From Spirochaetia bacterium (GTDB lineage Bacteria; Spirochaetota; Spirochaetia; DSM-2461): a DNA stretch of 64,000 bases. The stretch spans positions 736,001 through 800,000 of the forward strand of contig CAXXIA010000002.1 in the NCBI GenBank assembly GCA_963666985.2, written 5' to 3'. Under the pieces are notes generated by a model. It was not told the DNA's origin. It ran no database searches and saw nothing but the letters and a program-made list of their open reading frames with translations. How positions within the stretch are numbered: position 1 is the stretch's first letter; every line of letters starts with the position of its first letter. Positions 9,672-18,682 of this stretch are shown here, piece after piece. Position numbers and translations under genes: made by a program.

Positions 9672-10673
9672 GTGGCATCCATGAAAGACGTCGCCAAAAT
9701 GGCCGATGTTTCGATATCCACGGTCTCCCGAGTTATAAGCGGCACTACTCCCGTAGATCCCAAAACCCGCAAACGGGTGGAACAAGCCGTACAGGCAACC
9801 GGATTTAAGCCGAATCTTATCGCTCGCGGACTCCGTGTAAAAAGCGCATCACTGGTGGGAATGCTGGTTCCGGAAATCCGGACGACGAGTTTTTCCATTC
9901 TTATCGAGCACGTGGAAACGGCCGTCGAAGCCTTGGGCTACAACCTGATATTGGGAGGAACCGGAGGTGATCCGGACCGTGAAGAGCGGTTTTTTGAGAA
10001 TCTGGTCCGGCGTCATATCGACGGCGTGATTGTTTCCTTGGTGTCCGATCACAGCCACCTTATGCACCTGATCGAGCGTACCGACGTACCGGTGGTTATC
10101 ATCGATCGGCCGCTGAAACACTATGCGTTTCCCACGGTGGTTATGGATAACCGCCTTGCCGGAAAAATGGCCGCGGAACACCTGCTCTCCCTCGGACACA
10201 AGAAATTCGCCTGCATTACGGGAGGATCCGACATCGGCATCTCCAGAGACCGGCTGGACGGATTTCGGGACGCGCTCGCCGATGCGGGGATTCTCCTTGA
10301 AAGCAAAGCGGTTGTCGACGGGAATTTCCAGTATGAATCCGGATATCGCTGCATAGACGCTTTATTGTCAAACGGCGCGGCCTTTACGGCACTTTGGGCG
10401 CAAAACGACATTATGGCCATCGGCGCTCTGAACCGGCTCAGAGAACACGGGATTTCCGTTCCCGGAGACGTTTCCATAATGGGCGTCGACAACGTGGATG
10501 ACGCCTGGATGGCGCGGCCCGCGATAACCACCATCGCCCAGCCGTACAAAGAGATTGCGCAAGTCGCGGCCCGTCTGCTTCACAGCATAAATCGGGGTGA
10601 AACTCTGGAAGAAAAATGGCTGACGCTTGCTCCCGAATTGGTCGTGAGGGAATCAACCGGAATCGCATCTTAA
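9672..10673 (+). CDS. LacI-family transcriptional regulator
   Basis: HTH MKDVAKMADVSISTVSRV plus sugar-binding domain; likely GTG start at 9672. Confidence 0.93.
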   Translation: MASMKDVAKMADVSISTVSRVISGTTPVDPKTRKRVEQAVQATGFKPNLIARGLRVKSASLVGMLVPEIRTTSFSILIEHVETAVEALGYNLILGGTGGDPDREERFFENLVRRHIDGVIVSLVSDHSHLMHLIERTDVPVVIIDRPLKHYAFPTVVMDNRLAGKMAAEHLLSLGHKKFACITGGSDIGISRDRLDGFRDALADAGILLESKAVVDGNFQYESGYRCIDALLSNGAAFTALWAQNDIMAIGALNRLREHGISVPGDVSIMGVDNVDDAWMARPAITTIAQPYKEIAQVAARLLHSINRGETLEEKWLTLAPELVVRESTGIAS

Positions 10674-10706
10674 GAAAAAGGCCGCTTGGGCCGGGATAAG
10701 GAAACC

Positions 10707-11102
10707 ATGAAGAAAACCACGTTACTGAACGCACCGCTCTCCGGACTCATCGCGTCTTTGGGACATACGGATACCGTATGCCTCGCCGATGCCGGGCTGC
10801 CCGTTCCTCCGGGCCCCGCACGCATCGATCTTGCCGTCCGTCCCGGACTTCCCGATTTCAAAGCCGTTCTGGAAACCATACTTGAAGAGATGGAAGTGGA
10901 AGAAGTGATTCTTGCGGAAGAAATTCGGGAGAAAAATCCCGAGATTCATCAAGTACTGACTCAAAAGCTCAGAGGGATTCCCTTTACTTATGTTCCGCAT
11001 GAGGAATTCAAACGCTTAAGCGCGGGAACGAAAGCCGTCGTCAGAACCGGAGAATGCACGCCGTATTCGAACGTTATCCTCCGTTCCGGAGTTGTTTTCT
11101 AA
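10707..11102 (+). CDS. rbsD: D-ribose pyranase
   Basis: GHTD..LADAGLP, HEEFK, RTGECTPYSN motifs. Confidence 0.95.
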   Translation: MKKTTLLNAPLSGLIASLGHTDTVCLADAGLPVPPGPARIDLAVRPGLPDFKAVLETILEEMEVEEVILAEEIREKNPEIHQVLTQKLRGIPFTYVPHEEFKRLSAGTKAVVRTGECTPYSNVILRSGVVF

Positions 11103-11185
11103 AAACAACCCGGCTCGATAAAAACAACCCGATTCCCCATGCCTCCGTTCCGCGATAAGCGGTTTTCAGCCGCTTTACCGAATTC

Positions 11186-12793
11186 TCAGGACTTTCTTTT
11201 CAACAGAGAGGCCCATTGAAATTTCTTTACCTGAAACCTGCCGAAAGAAGAAACTAAATAATAGAATAAAAAGAACGTCGTATAACCTTCCCACAGTAAA
11301 TTCATCAAGGCGTTTCTCATATCATACTTAATCGCAGTCAAGAACGTCTGAAGCATTAAGACTGAAAGAAAACCGTAATATAGAATAGGAATTAAGTTTA
11401 TACTCAGATTCTCCTTATGATTATTATATTCCGACAGGTTTAAGGCATTTGAGATGATTTTGGAATATACATTAATCAAGAAAATTAGAATTACAAAAGA
11501 AACAATCCTGAAACTTTGCACATTGTAATTGGAAATCAAGAAGAAATCATACACTCCGTGTAAAATCATTGCCGCGAGGAAGGTCGGTATAACATACAGC
11601 CCGATTCCTTTATATTTTTTCACAAACAAACCATAAACGGACAAAGAAGTGAGTGCCATGTGCAGAACGACGGCGCTTAACGCTCTGGAATTGATATTGG
11701 ACAGACCCAACTCGTTAAAATAATGCATATTTTCTATTGTCGCGAAGCCCAAAGCACCGAGAGAAGCATAGATTATGAAATCCACGGATTCATTCATTTC
11801 TTTTAAGGCAAATAAAACAACTAAAAATGGAATCAATTTCACCAATTCTTCAATAAACCCAATGCAAAACACGGAATAAATCAAATCATTCACTAAAGAT
11901 CCGGAAAGATGAAACTTAAAATAGATATGCCAGATATCATAGAGAATACTGGAGAGGAACGCGGAAATTATTCCCAATAGAAAAGTGAAGATGAGAATGG
12001 ATATCCGATCTTTCTCAAACACATCAATTTTATGGAAGAAGAAGATCCATACGGCTGAAATGAGTATACCGGCGATAAAACCTTCCGGGATAATGTTCCT
12101 AAAAAAATCAAGAAATCTCTCGGCTAAATAACTGAAATATTTTTTCTGAATCAGCGTATATCGTATAAGGATATTTGACGAAATGTATTTAAGGGATTCT
12201 TTGTTTGACAACAACTTGTCCAGCTCGGCGTATTGTTTCGTGGAAAACAGAAGTTTCGACAAATTGGAATATGCTCCGCTCACATTTCCGCGAATTTCAA
12301 TCTCCTTATAAAAATATTTCTTGGCGGCATCGGCTTGATCCGTTTGGAGATAGATGTAACCAATTGAATTATTAACATAAGGAATCTTTTCATCGTTTAT
12401 TTGAAGATAAAAAGACAATGCGCTCTCAAAATCATAGATTTTGACATAATAAAACCCGATGCAGTAGAGAATAATATCTCTATATTCGGGTTTTGTAATA
12501 AGATAATCCTGATATTCCTTCAGAATATCTTTATCGCTTCTGCTGCTATACTTTGATTTCGACGAGAGAATACTGAAATAATTATTAATATAACCTCGAT
12601 GCAATTCCACATTGCCGAAATCATCGGCTAATAATCTTTTGTATTCTTTTTCCGCAATGAAATATCTTTTGGTTGCAACGGCATTTTTAATGATTTCTTC
12701 AGACGATTCGGAATGAGAAAAACGGTCGACCAGCAGGATTAAAACCAACGTAACCAATAATGCCGAAACGGTAACAAAAAAATACTTTCTCAT
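11186..12793 (-). CDS. PrsW-family intramembrane glutamic protease with N-terminal TPR-like region; AT-rich
   Basis: EELVK, GFATIEN, LHM and LHGVYD motifs; TPR-like YIYLQ..AAKKYF; about 30-38% GC in two sampled lines. Confidence 0.85.
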   Translation of the reverse strand: MRKYFFVTVSALLVTLVLILLVDRFSHSESSEEIIKNAVATKRYFIAEKEYKRLLADDFGNVELHRGYINNYFSILSSKSKYSSRSDKDILKEYQDYLITKPEYRDIILYCIGFYYVKIYDFESALSFYLQINDEKIPYVNNSIGYIYLQTDQADAAKKYFYKEIEIRGNVSGAYSNLSKLLFSTKQYAELDKLLSNKESLKYISSNILIRYTLIQKKYFSYLAERFLDFFRNIIPEGFIAGILISAVWIFFFHKIDVFEKDRISILIFTFLLGIISAFLSSILYDIWHIYFKFHLSGSLVNDLIYSVFCIGFIEELVKLIPFLVVLFALKEMNESVDFIIYASLGALGFATIENMHYFNELGLSNINSRALSAVVLHMALTSLSVYGLFVKKYKGIGLYVIPTFLAAMILHGVYDFFLISNYNVQSFRIVSFVILIFLINVYSKIISNALNLSEYNNHKENLSINLIPILYYGFLSVLMLQTFLTAIKYDMRNALMNLLWEGYTTFFLFYYLVSSFGRFQVKKFQWASLLKRKS

Positions 12794-12879
12794 GGAAACA
12801 TTATGAATAAAGTCTCTGGAAATGTTTATTACTTTTTCCGGTTCGGCTGCGGCTCTCACTTCGCGGAAGCGAGACCTGA

Positions 12880-13173
12880 GGTTGTTCTTCCGCTCGTTCG
12901 GCATCAGCCAAAACATCCCGCTTTGGCTGATGATCTCGGCTGCGAAAGCGATAACTCTTTCGGAGTACCGCGTCCTTGCCTCGGCACTATCCGATAAAGC
13001 TCCGCTTTATCATCTGCTGATCTCGGCTGCGAAAGCGATAAGAGGGGCGCGGCGGCTGTGTCCGTTCGGCGGAGCCGAACCGGACTACCGGAATCGTTCC
13101 TCGGGCGTTTCCCTGCGGTACGACCCTTTTTGCCGTATGCGCAAAAAAGCGCATATGGAACTCCCGCAAAGCG
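12880..13173 (-). repeat. Structured intergenic element, copy B, with an internal 24-bp direct repeat
   Basis: Same six blocks as copy A in reverse complement; TGATCTCGGCTGCGAAAGCGATAA at 12931 and 13018; hairpins at 12902-12932, 12993-13011, 13064-13080 and 13136-13155. Confidence 0.8.
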
Positions 13174-13239
13174 CGGCGCTCCGGCTTCGAGCCGAAACGG
13201 CCCGCGAAGCCGGAACAATCGTCCCTAAAAAACGATCAG

Positions 13240-14703
13240 CTACCTGAAACTCTCCACCCGCTTATTGAACTCAACGATCATTTCATCGATGGCTCCGGCG
13301 GCTCCGAAAATTTCATTCCAATAATCCCGATCGTACCACTGAGCGTTGATTTCCTCGTAGGTTTTTCCCTGCTGTTCAACCCAGGTGTAGTACTTCAGAT
13401 TATGGATGCGCTTGCGGTCGGTATAGCGCAGTTCGGCCATGTTGTCCGTACCGATACCCATCAGCATTTCATAATCGGCAACGGCGTTATCCCGCGTATA
13501 CGCACCCCGCTCCTCGGTGAGCTCTTTCAGACGGCTGGTATACATGGCTTCCGAATCGGTGAAACAGGTAAAGATGATATCGTCTTCGGTAAACTCGTAA
13601 TACTTGGCCATTTTCACGGCGGTAAGCATGTTGCAGATGGAGCTGATTCCCAGCAGATTCATATTCTCAACCACGCCGCCCGCGGCGCCCTTGGAGATTA
13701 AATACTCCTTGCCGGCCGACTCGTTAAAGAGACGCAGCATCCTCATGGTGGGCTCGTCGTCGATGGCGGCCACCATATCGGTGTCCTTCAGGTTATGAAC
13801 CCACGGAACATGCTTGTCGCCGATCCCCTCGATGCGGTGGGCGCCGAAACCGTTGGCCAGAAGCGTGGGGCACTGCAAGGCCTCGGAAACCGCCAGCTTG
13901 GCGCCGGGGAACTTCTTCTTGATATACGTCCCCGATCCCAAAGTTCCGCCGGAACCCGAAGAGAGGGTGCAGCCGGCCAGACGGCTCCTCTCTCCGGCCA
14001 CAATTCCGAAAACCTCTTCAAAAGCCCGCCCGGTCACCTCATGATGCCAGAGGGTGTTGGGCATCTGGTCGAACTGATTAAAAATAAAGACGCCCGCGCC
14101 GTGCTCGGCTTCAATCTCATGACACTTGTCGAAAATCTCTTTCACGTTGCTCTCGGAACCCGGCGTGGCGATGGTCTGGTCGGCCATGTTCTTCAGCCAG
14201 TTAAACCTCTCCTGACTCATCTCCTCGGGAAGAATGGCGATGGACTTACAGGCCAAAAGCCGGGAGATATACGCGCCGCCGCGGCAGTAGTTTCCGGTGG
14301 ACGGCCAGACGGCCATGTTTTTCTCCGGATCAAACTGACCGGTGATAAGCGTGGGGGCCAAGCAGCTGTAGGCCGCTCCCACCTTGTGCGCGCCGGTGGG
14401 GAAGTATTTGCCCACCAGTCCGATAATCCGGGCCCGCACTCCGCTGATTTCGGAGGGGATTTCCACGTAATTAACGCCGCCGAAGCCGCCGCCTTTCCGC
14501 ACGGGCTCATTCTTCCACGTTACGCGGAACAGGTTGCGGGAATGCACCTCGTCCCTGTCGATGCCCTTCAATTCCTCCACGATGGAATCGGGAACCAGGG
14601 TTGGGTCGGCCATTTGGGCGTACGTAGGGAGGATAATATCCTGCTCGGCGCAAATCTTCGCATTTCTATCGATTTGGGCCTCATTTTTCGTTAGATCGAT
14701 CAT
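13240..14703 (-). CDS. Fold-type II PLP-dependent enzyme (tryptophan synthase beta superfamily)
   Basis: PTGAHKV PLP-lysine motif, STGNY, SGSGGT phosphate loop, HRIEGIG; GAGGAG RBS before ATG 14703. Confidence 0.8.
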   Translation of the reverse strand: MIDLTKNEAQIDRNAKICAEQDIILPTYAQMADPTLVPDSIVEELKGIDRDEVHSRNLFRVTWKNEPVRKGGGFGGVNYVEIPSEISGVRARIIGLVGKYFPTGAHKVGAAYSCLAPTLITGQFDPEKNMAVWPSTGNYCRGGAYISRLLACKSIAILPEEMSQERFNWLKNMADQTIATPGSESNVKEIFDKCHEIEAEHGAGVFIFNQFDQMPNTLWHHEVTGRAFEEVFGIVAGERSRLAGCTLSSGSGGTLGSGTYIKKKFPGAKLAVSEALQCPTLLANGFGAHRIEGIGDKHVPWVHNLKDTDMVAAIDDEPTMRMLRLFNESAGKEYLISKGAAGGVVENMNLLGISSICNMLTAVKMAKYYEFTEDDIIFTCFTDSEAMYTSRLKELTEERGAYTRDNAVADYEMLMGIGTDNMAELRYTDRKRIHNLKYYTWVEQQGKTYEEINAQWYDRDYWNEIFGAAGAIDEMIVEFNKRVESFR

Positions 14704-14898
14704 TATAAAGTTCTCCTCAATTAAATTCCGGTGTATTTCACTGCCGAAACGCGGCTTGCGGTTTTCGATGACAGCGAAGCCGACGGCCGTTTGCCTCGGC
14801 AATCGGTGAGCTTATAAATCAAGACACGCCGGGCCCGTTTTTCACATGATGCGAACCCTCAGTGTTCCGATACGACAGCTCATCGCTTCCATATCATT

Positions 14899-15858
14899 TT
14901 AACACTCCTCATTTCCCTTCAAATACGCGGCGAAGCGGCCGAAGGCCTCTCCGGCAAGATTCAGCGCCACGGTTTTTCTGTATTTGGCCGTGGAGCGCTG
15001 GTCGTCTATAGGTTTAATAAGGGGTTTGATGACCCCCGAAGCCCGGCGGATCATTCCATCCGTATCCCGTAAGATTTCCCCCGCCGAGTGCCCTAAAAAC
15101 ACGGCTTCGGCCTCAAGAGGCCGAACCACGGTGGGTCCCACGGCGCCGAAGGCCATGGCGAACGACCCCACACGCCCGTCCGCCATCCTTGCGAAGGCGG
15201 CCAGCGACACCTTGGTCAGAGCGTTGGCGCGGCGGGTTCCAACCTTGCGCCAATAGTGCCAGGAAGAGTCCTTTTCGTCCATCTCATTCCCGGCCGCAGG
15301 AACACGGAAAGCCGTGATGATTTCATCGGCGGCCAGAGCGGTGCGCCCCGGTCCGGAAACGAACTCGCCGATAAGAACTTCGCGTTTTCCTCTTACCGAG
15401 GTCAGAATCACCCGGGCATCCAGAGCATAGAGGGCGCAGAGTCCGTCCCCGGCGGGTGAGGCGTTGGCGGTATTGCCGCCCAATGTCGCCCTGTTGCGAA
15501 GCGCCGGAGCCCCGAGCGAAAAGGCCGCCGCCGAAAGAAGGGAGGGAACGGCCGCCAGAGCATCGGCGCAGGCGGCGCCTGATTCGGCATAGGCCGCCCT
15601 CGCCCCCGGATCGTCCGCCAGTACGGCCATGGGCACGGCCGCCCCGATTTCCACCGTTCCGTCATCGGTTAAACGAACACCGCGAAGCTCCGGGAGGGCA
15701 TTCACGAACATCACGGAGGCGGGCATTTTCGGTCCCAGGCCGTTCTTGGCCCGGTAGCGCACCATCAGGTCGGTGCCGCCTGAAAAAGGCATGGCGGCTT
15801 CCTTCTCCCTGATGTCCAGAGCCTCCGTTAATGTCTTGGGAGAAAAAACCTTCACCAC
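14899..15858 (-). CDS. Xanthine dehydrogenase family FAD-binding subunit
   Basis: GGTDL, RNRATLGGN..NASPAGD, PIDDQRST motifs. Confidence 0.9.
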   Translation of the reverse strand: MVKVFSPKTLTEALDIREKEAAMPFSGGTDLMVRYRAKNGLGPKMPASVMFVNALPELRGVRLTDDGTVEIGAAVPMAVLADDPGARAAYAESGAACADALAAVPSLLSAAAFSLGAPALRNRATLGGNTANASPAGDGLCALYALDARVILTSVRGKREVLIGEFVSGPGRTALAADEIITAFRVPAAGNEMDEKDSSWHYWRKVGTRRANALTKVSLAAFARMADGRVGSFAMAFGAVGPTVVRPLEAEAVFLGHSAGEILRDTDGMIRRASGVIKPLIKPIDDQRSTAKYRKTVALNLAGEAFGRFAAYLKGNEEC

Positions 15859-16331
15859 AAGCCCCTCCCCTTCTCGGCGGCCATCTGCACCGCGTTGATA
15901 ATGGCATCATACCCGGTACACCGGCAGATATTCCCGGCAAGTCCCTCACGGATTTCCTGTTCGGACGGTTTGGGATTTTTTTTCAGCAGAGCATAAGAGG
16001 CCATCATCATGCCGGGTGTGCAGAAACCGCACTGGGCTCCGTGACATTCGGTAAAACATTCGGCCAAAAGCCGGCCGGCTTCACTCTTGCGCAAACCTTC
16101 GAGGGTTAAAACTTCCGATCCCGAGGCCTGCGCGACGGGCACCAGGCAGCTGTTCACCAGCCGGCCGTTCAGCAAGACCGAACAGGCGCCGCATTCTCCC
16201 TCACCGCAGCCTTCTTTGGTTCCGGTAAGGCCCAAATCGTCGCGAAGAACATCCAAAAGGCGCCGCATCCCGCTTTCGGGACGGACCGTTTTCTCTTCAC
16301 CATTGACGAAAAGCGTTACTGTTTCGCTCAC
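15852..16331 (-). CDS. Xanthine dehydrogenase family [2Fe-2S] subunit
   Basis: GTKEGCGEGECGAC, QCGFCTPG, NICRCTGY. Confidence 0.95.
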   Translation of the reverse strand: MSETVTLFVNGEEKTVRPESGMRRLLDVLRDDLGLTGTKEGCGEGECGACSVLLNGRLVNSCLVPVAQASGSEVLTLEGLRKSEAGRLLAECFTECHGAQCGFCTPGMMMASYALLKKNPKPSEQEIREGLAGNICRCTGYDAIINAVQMAAEKGRGLW

Positions 16332-18682
16332 GCTCCGGCCTCCTTTTCGTCCATCAGTTCCATTAAGGTTTCGGGCACAATGGGGATTCGGCGGCAGGAA
16401 CGGCCCACAGCCTGTTCCACCGCGGCGGCGAAGGCCGCATGTCCCGCGTCGTGAACCATTTCTCCCATGCCCTTGGCACCGTAGGCACCGTAGGGATAGG
16501 GATTATCCACCGTGGCCGCTCCGGTCCGGGGAAAGTCCAAAGAAGTGGGAACCATATAATCCGCCATGGCCACCTGACGGAAACGGCCCTTCTCGTCCAC
16601 TTCCAGTTTCTCCATCGCGCCGTAGCCCAGTGCTTGGCTCATGCCGCCCTGGATTTGCCCTTCGACGACTCTCTCGTCGATGGCCCGGCCCACATCGTAA
16701 ACGCCCCAGGCGCCCGTTATGCGGACTTCCCAGGTAACCGGATCCACTTCCACTTCGCAGGCGTTCACGCCCCAGCCATATGTTCCGTAGGAATCCCCGC
16801 TCAAGGTATTCTGATCCCATTGAATTCCCGGCGGAAGCTCGTACTTGCGCTCAACGCGCTGCCTCTCGCCGTCCTTCCAGATGTCCTTCAAGTCCTCGGC
16901 GGCTTTCTGCAGCAGAAAGCCGACAACCATCATGGTCCGGCTGGCCACGGTCGGTCCGGAATCGGGTGCTCTGCGGGTATCCGGATACGGGAAAAGAATC
17001 TCCTTGGGATGAATATCCAGAACCTTCCCCACCACTTTGCGGAATGTCGATTGGCAGCCTTGTCCCAAATCCACGGCGGCGCAGAGGATTTCAACCGTAC
17101 CGTTTTCATCCTTTTCCAGGGCCACCTCGCCCTTAATGATGGTCTGTTCGCCGTCGCCGGTGAATCCAGCGCCGTGAAGAAGGTAGGACATGCCGATGCC
17201 CCGCAAAAGACCGTCTTTCGGGGAGGAGGCCGAATAGGATTTCGAGCCGGCCTCGCCAAGAGTATCCGCGGCCGCATTCTCCGTGCCGGAAGCACCCGGC
17301 CGACCCGAGCACGCGCCGGCCTGTTTTCGAGCGGCCTCATAGAAGGCGCGCTTTCCGGAATAACCCGACATGTCCTCCAGCTTTTTCACCAGTTCGTCCA
17401 GAATAATCGGTTCCCGGAACATCCCTCCGGTTACCGTAGGATCGCCCTGCTTCAGAAGATGCCGGTTTTTAAAAGAAAGGGAGTCTTCCCCGACGATTCG
17501 GGCCAGCTCCTCCATATGCATTTCGATGCCGAAAAGAGTCTGAGGAGCGCCGAATCCGCGGAAAGCGCCCGAAGGGACGGTATTGGTGGCGATGCCCCGG
17601 CCGCGAATTCGGAACGTCGGAATATTGTAGGCTCCGAGGCAGTGAAACACCGCCCGCATGAGAACGATTCTGGTATAAGTTGTATAGGCGCCGCCGTCGA
17701 GATCAACCTTCACGTCCATGCCGAGAATACGGCCTTTGTTATCCAGCGCGGTCCTGTAAGTACAGCGGGACGGATGGCGCTTGCTGGTAAAAGAAAGATC
17801 CTCCACCCGGTCCATAATCATCCGTATGGGCCTTCCCGTTACCAATGCCGCCACCGCCATCGGCGCGCCCATGATTTCCGGATAGTCTTCCTTGCCGCCG
17901 AAAGCGCCGCCGACGGTGTCTTGAATCACCCGAACCTGATCGGCCTGCAGTCCCAGAACATGATGCACGGTATGGCTGACGTAATAGGGACACTGCATCG
18001 ATCCCCTGATGCCGACTCCGTCCTCTTCGGGCCAGGCGATGAGTCCCTGGCCTTCCATGTAGAACTGTTCCTGGAAACCCGTTTCGTAGGTGCCTTCAAC
18101 GATTTCGGCCGCGGCGGAAAAAGCCGCATCCAGATCGCCGTTATCCAAATCGACACGGCAGAAAACGTTGTTCTCGCCGTGAATAGGCCCGCCTTTCAGA
18201 GCCAAGCCGTCATCCATGTTCACGCAGAGAGGGAGGGGGTCAACCTCCATTTCAACGGCGTTCACCAGCCGGTCCACCTCGGCCGGATTCGGCCCGCAGA
18301 CCACCGCGACAATCTGACCGATGTAGCGAACCTCGCCGTCGGCGAAACAGGGCAGATCGAAAGCGCCGGCCATGGGAATTTCGTTTTTTCCGCCTTCCGG
18401 GATATCCGCGACCGTTACGATGCGGTAGCCCTCGGGGCAATCGGGCAGACGTAAGGCGGTGATGCGGCCCCGGGGATGCGGCGAGCGATAAAACCTGCCG
18501 TACAGCATGTCGGATCCCAGTCCGGCGTCGGCACCCAGAGGAACACATCCGGTGGAACTGTTCTCCGCGGGACCGAGGTCGTCAAACTTCAAATCCGCGA
18601 CATACAGCGCGGCCCCGCAGGCCTTGGCCATACCGTCAGGTTTGGGAATGGCGGTTGAAATGGATGCGTCGTATCGGCTCAT
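16328..18682 (-). CDS. Xanthine dehydrogenase family molybdopterin-binding subunit
   Basis: GGAFGGK, AFRGFG, GQIQGG, GAKGMGE with catalytic Glu. Confidence 0.92.
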   Translation of the reverse strand: MSRYDASISTAIPKPDGMAKACGAALYVADLKFDDLGPAENSSTGCVPLGADAGLGSDMLYGRFYRSPHPRGRITALRLPDCPEGYRIVTVADIPEGGKNEIPMAGAFDLPCFADGEVRYIGQIVAVVCGPNPAEVDRLVNAVEMEVDPLPLCVNMDDGLALKGGPIHGENNVFCRVDLDNGDLDAAFSAAAEIVEGTYETGFQEQFYMEGQGLIAWPEEDGVGIRGSMQCPYYVSHTVHHVLGLQADQVRVIQDTVGGAFGGKEDYPEIMGAPMAVAALVTGRPIRMIMDRVEDLSFTSKRHPSRCTYRTALDNKGRILGMDVKVDLDGGAYTTYTRIVLMRAVFHCLGAYNIPTFRIRGRGIATNTVPSGAFRGFGAPQTLFGIEMHMEELARIVGEDSLSFKNRHLLKQGDPTVTGGMFREPIILDELVKKLEDMSGYSGKRAFYEAARKQAGACSGRPGASGTENAAADTLGEAGSKSYSASSPKDGLLRGIGMSYLLHGAGFTGDGEQTIIKGEVALEKDENGTVEILCAAVDLGQGCQSTFRKVVGKVLDIHPKEILFPYPDTRRAPDSGPTVASRTMMVVGFLLQKAAEDLKDIWKDGERQRVERKYELPPGIQWDQNTLSGDSYGTYGWGVNACEVEVDPVTWEVRITGAWGVYDVGRAIDERVVEGQIQGGMSQALGYGAMEKLEVDEKGRFRQVAMADYMVPTSLDFPRTGAATVDNPYPYGAYGAKGMGEMVHDAGHAAFAAAVEQAVGRSCRRIPIVPETLMELMDEKEAGA

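Noticed and set aside
5922..11102. Canonical rbs ribose operon
   Set aside because: No rbsK, and three extra isomerase/epimerase genes, so rbsA/B/C/R symbols were not assigned
13132..13165. Group II intron domain V look-alike (GCCGTATGCGC...GCGCATATGG)
   Set aside because: Lacks the AGC/CGC triad and the bulge, no reverse transcriptase is nearby, and the equivalent hairpin in copy A has a different sequence
12822..13247. ORFs across element copy B, and 967-1282 across copy A
   Set aside because: Translations merely mirror the DNA repeats and hairpins; the two copies do not conserve a reading frame
16439..18454. 671-aa + strand ORF and other long antisense ORFs (13795-14694, 20648-21787, 21909-23528, 24722-25858, 27463-28644, 48235-49266)
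   Set aside because: Shadow frames opposite well-supported genes in GC-rich DNA, with no recognisable motifs
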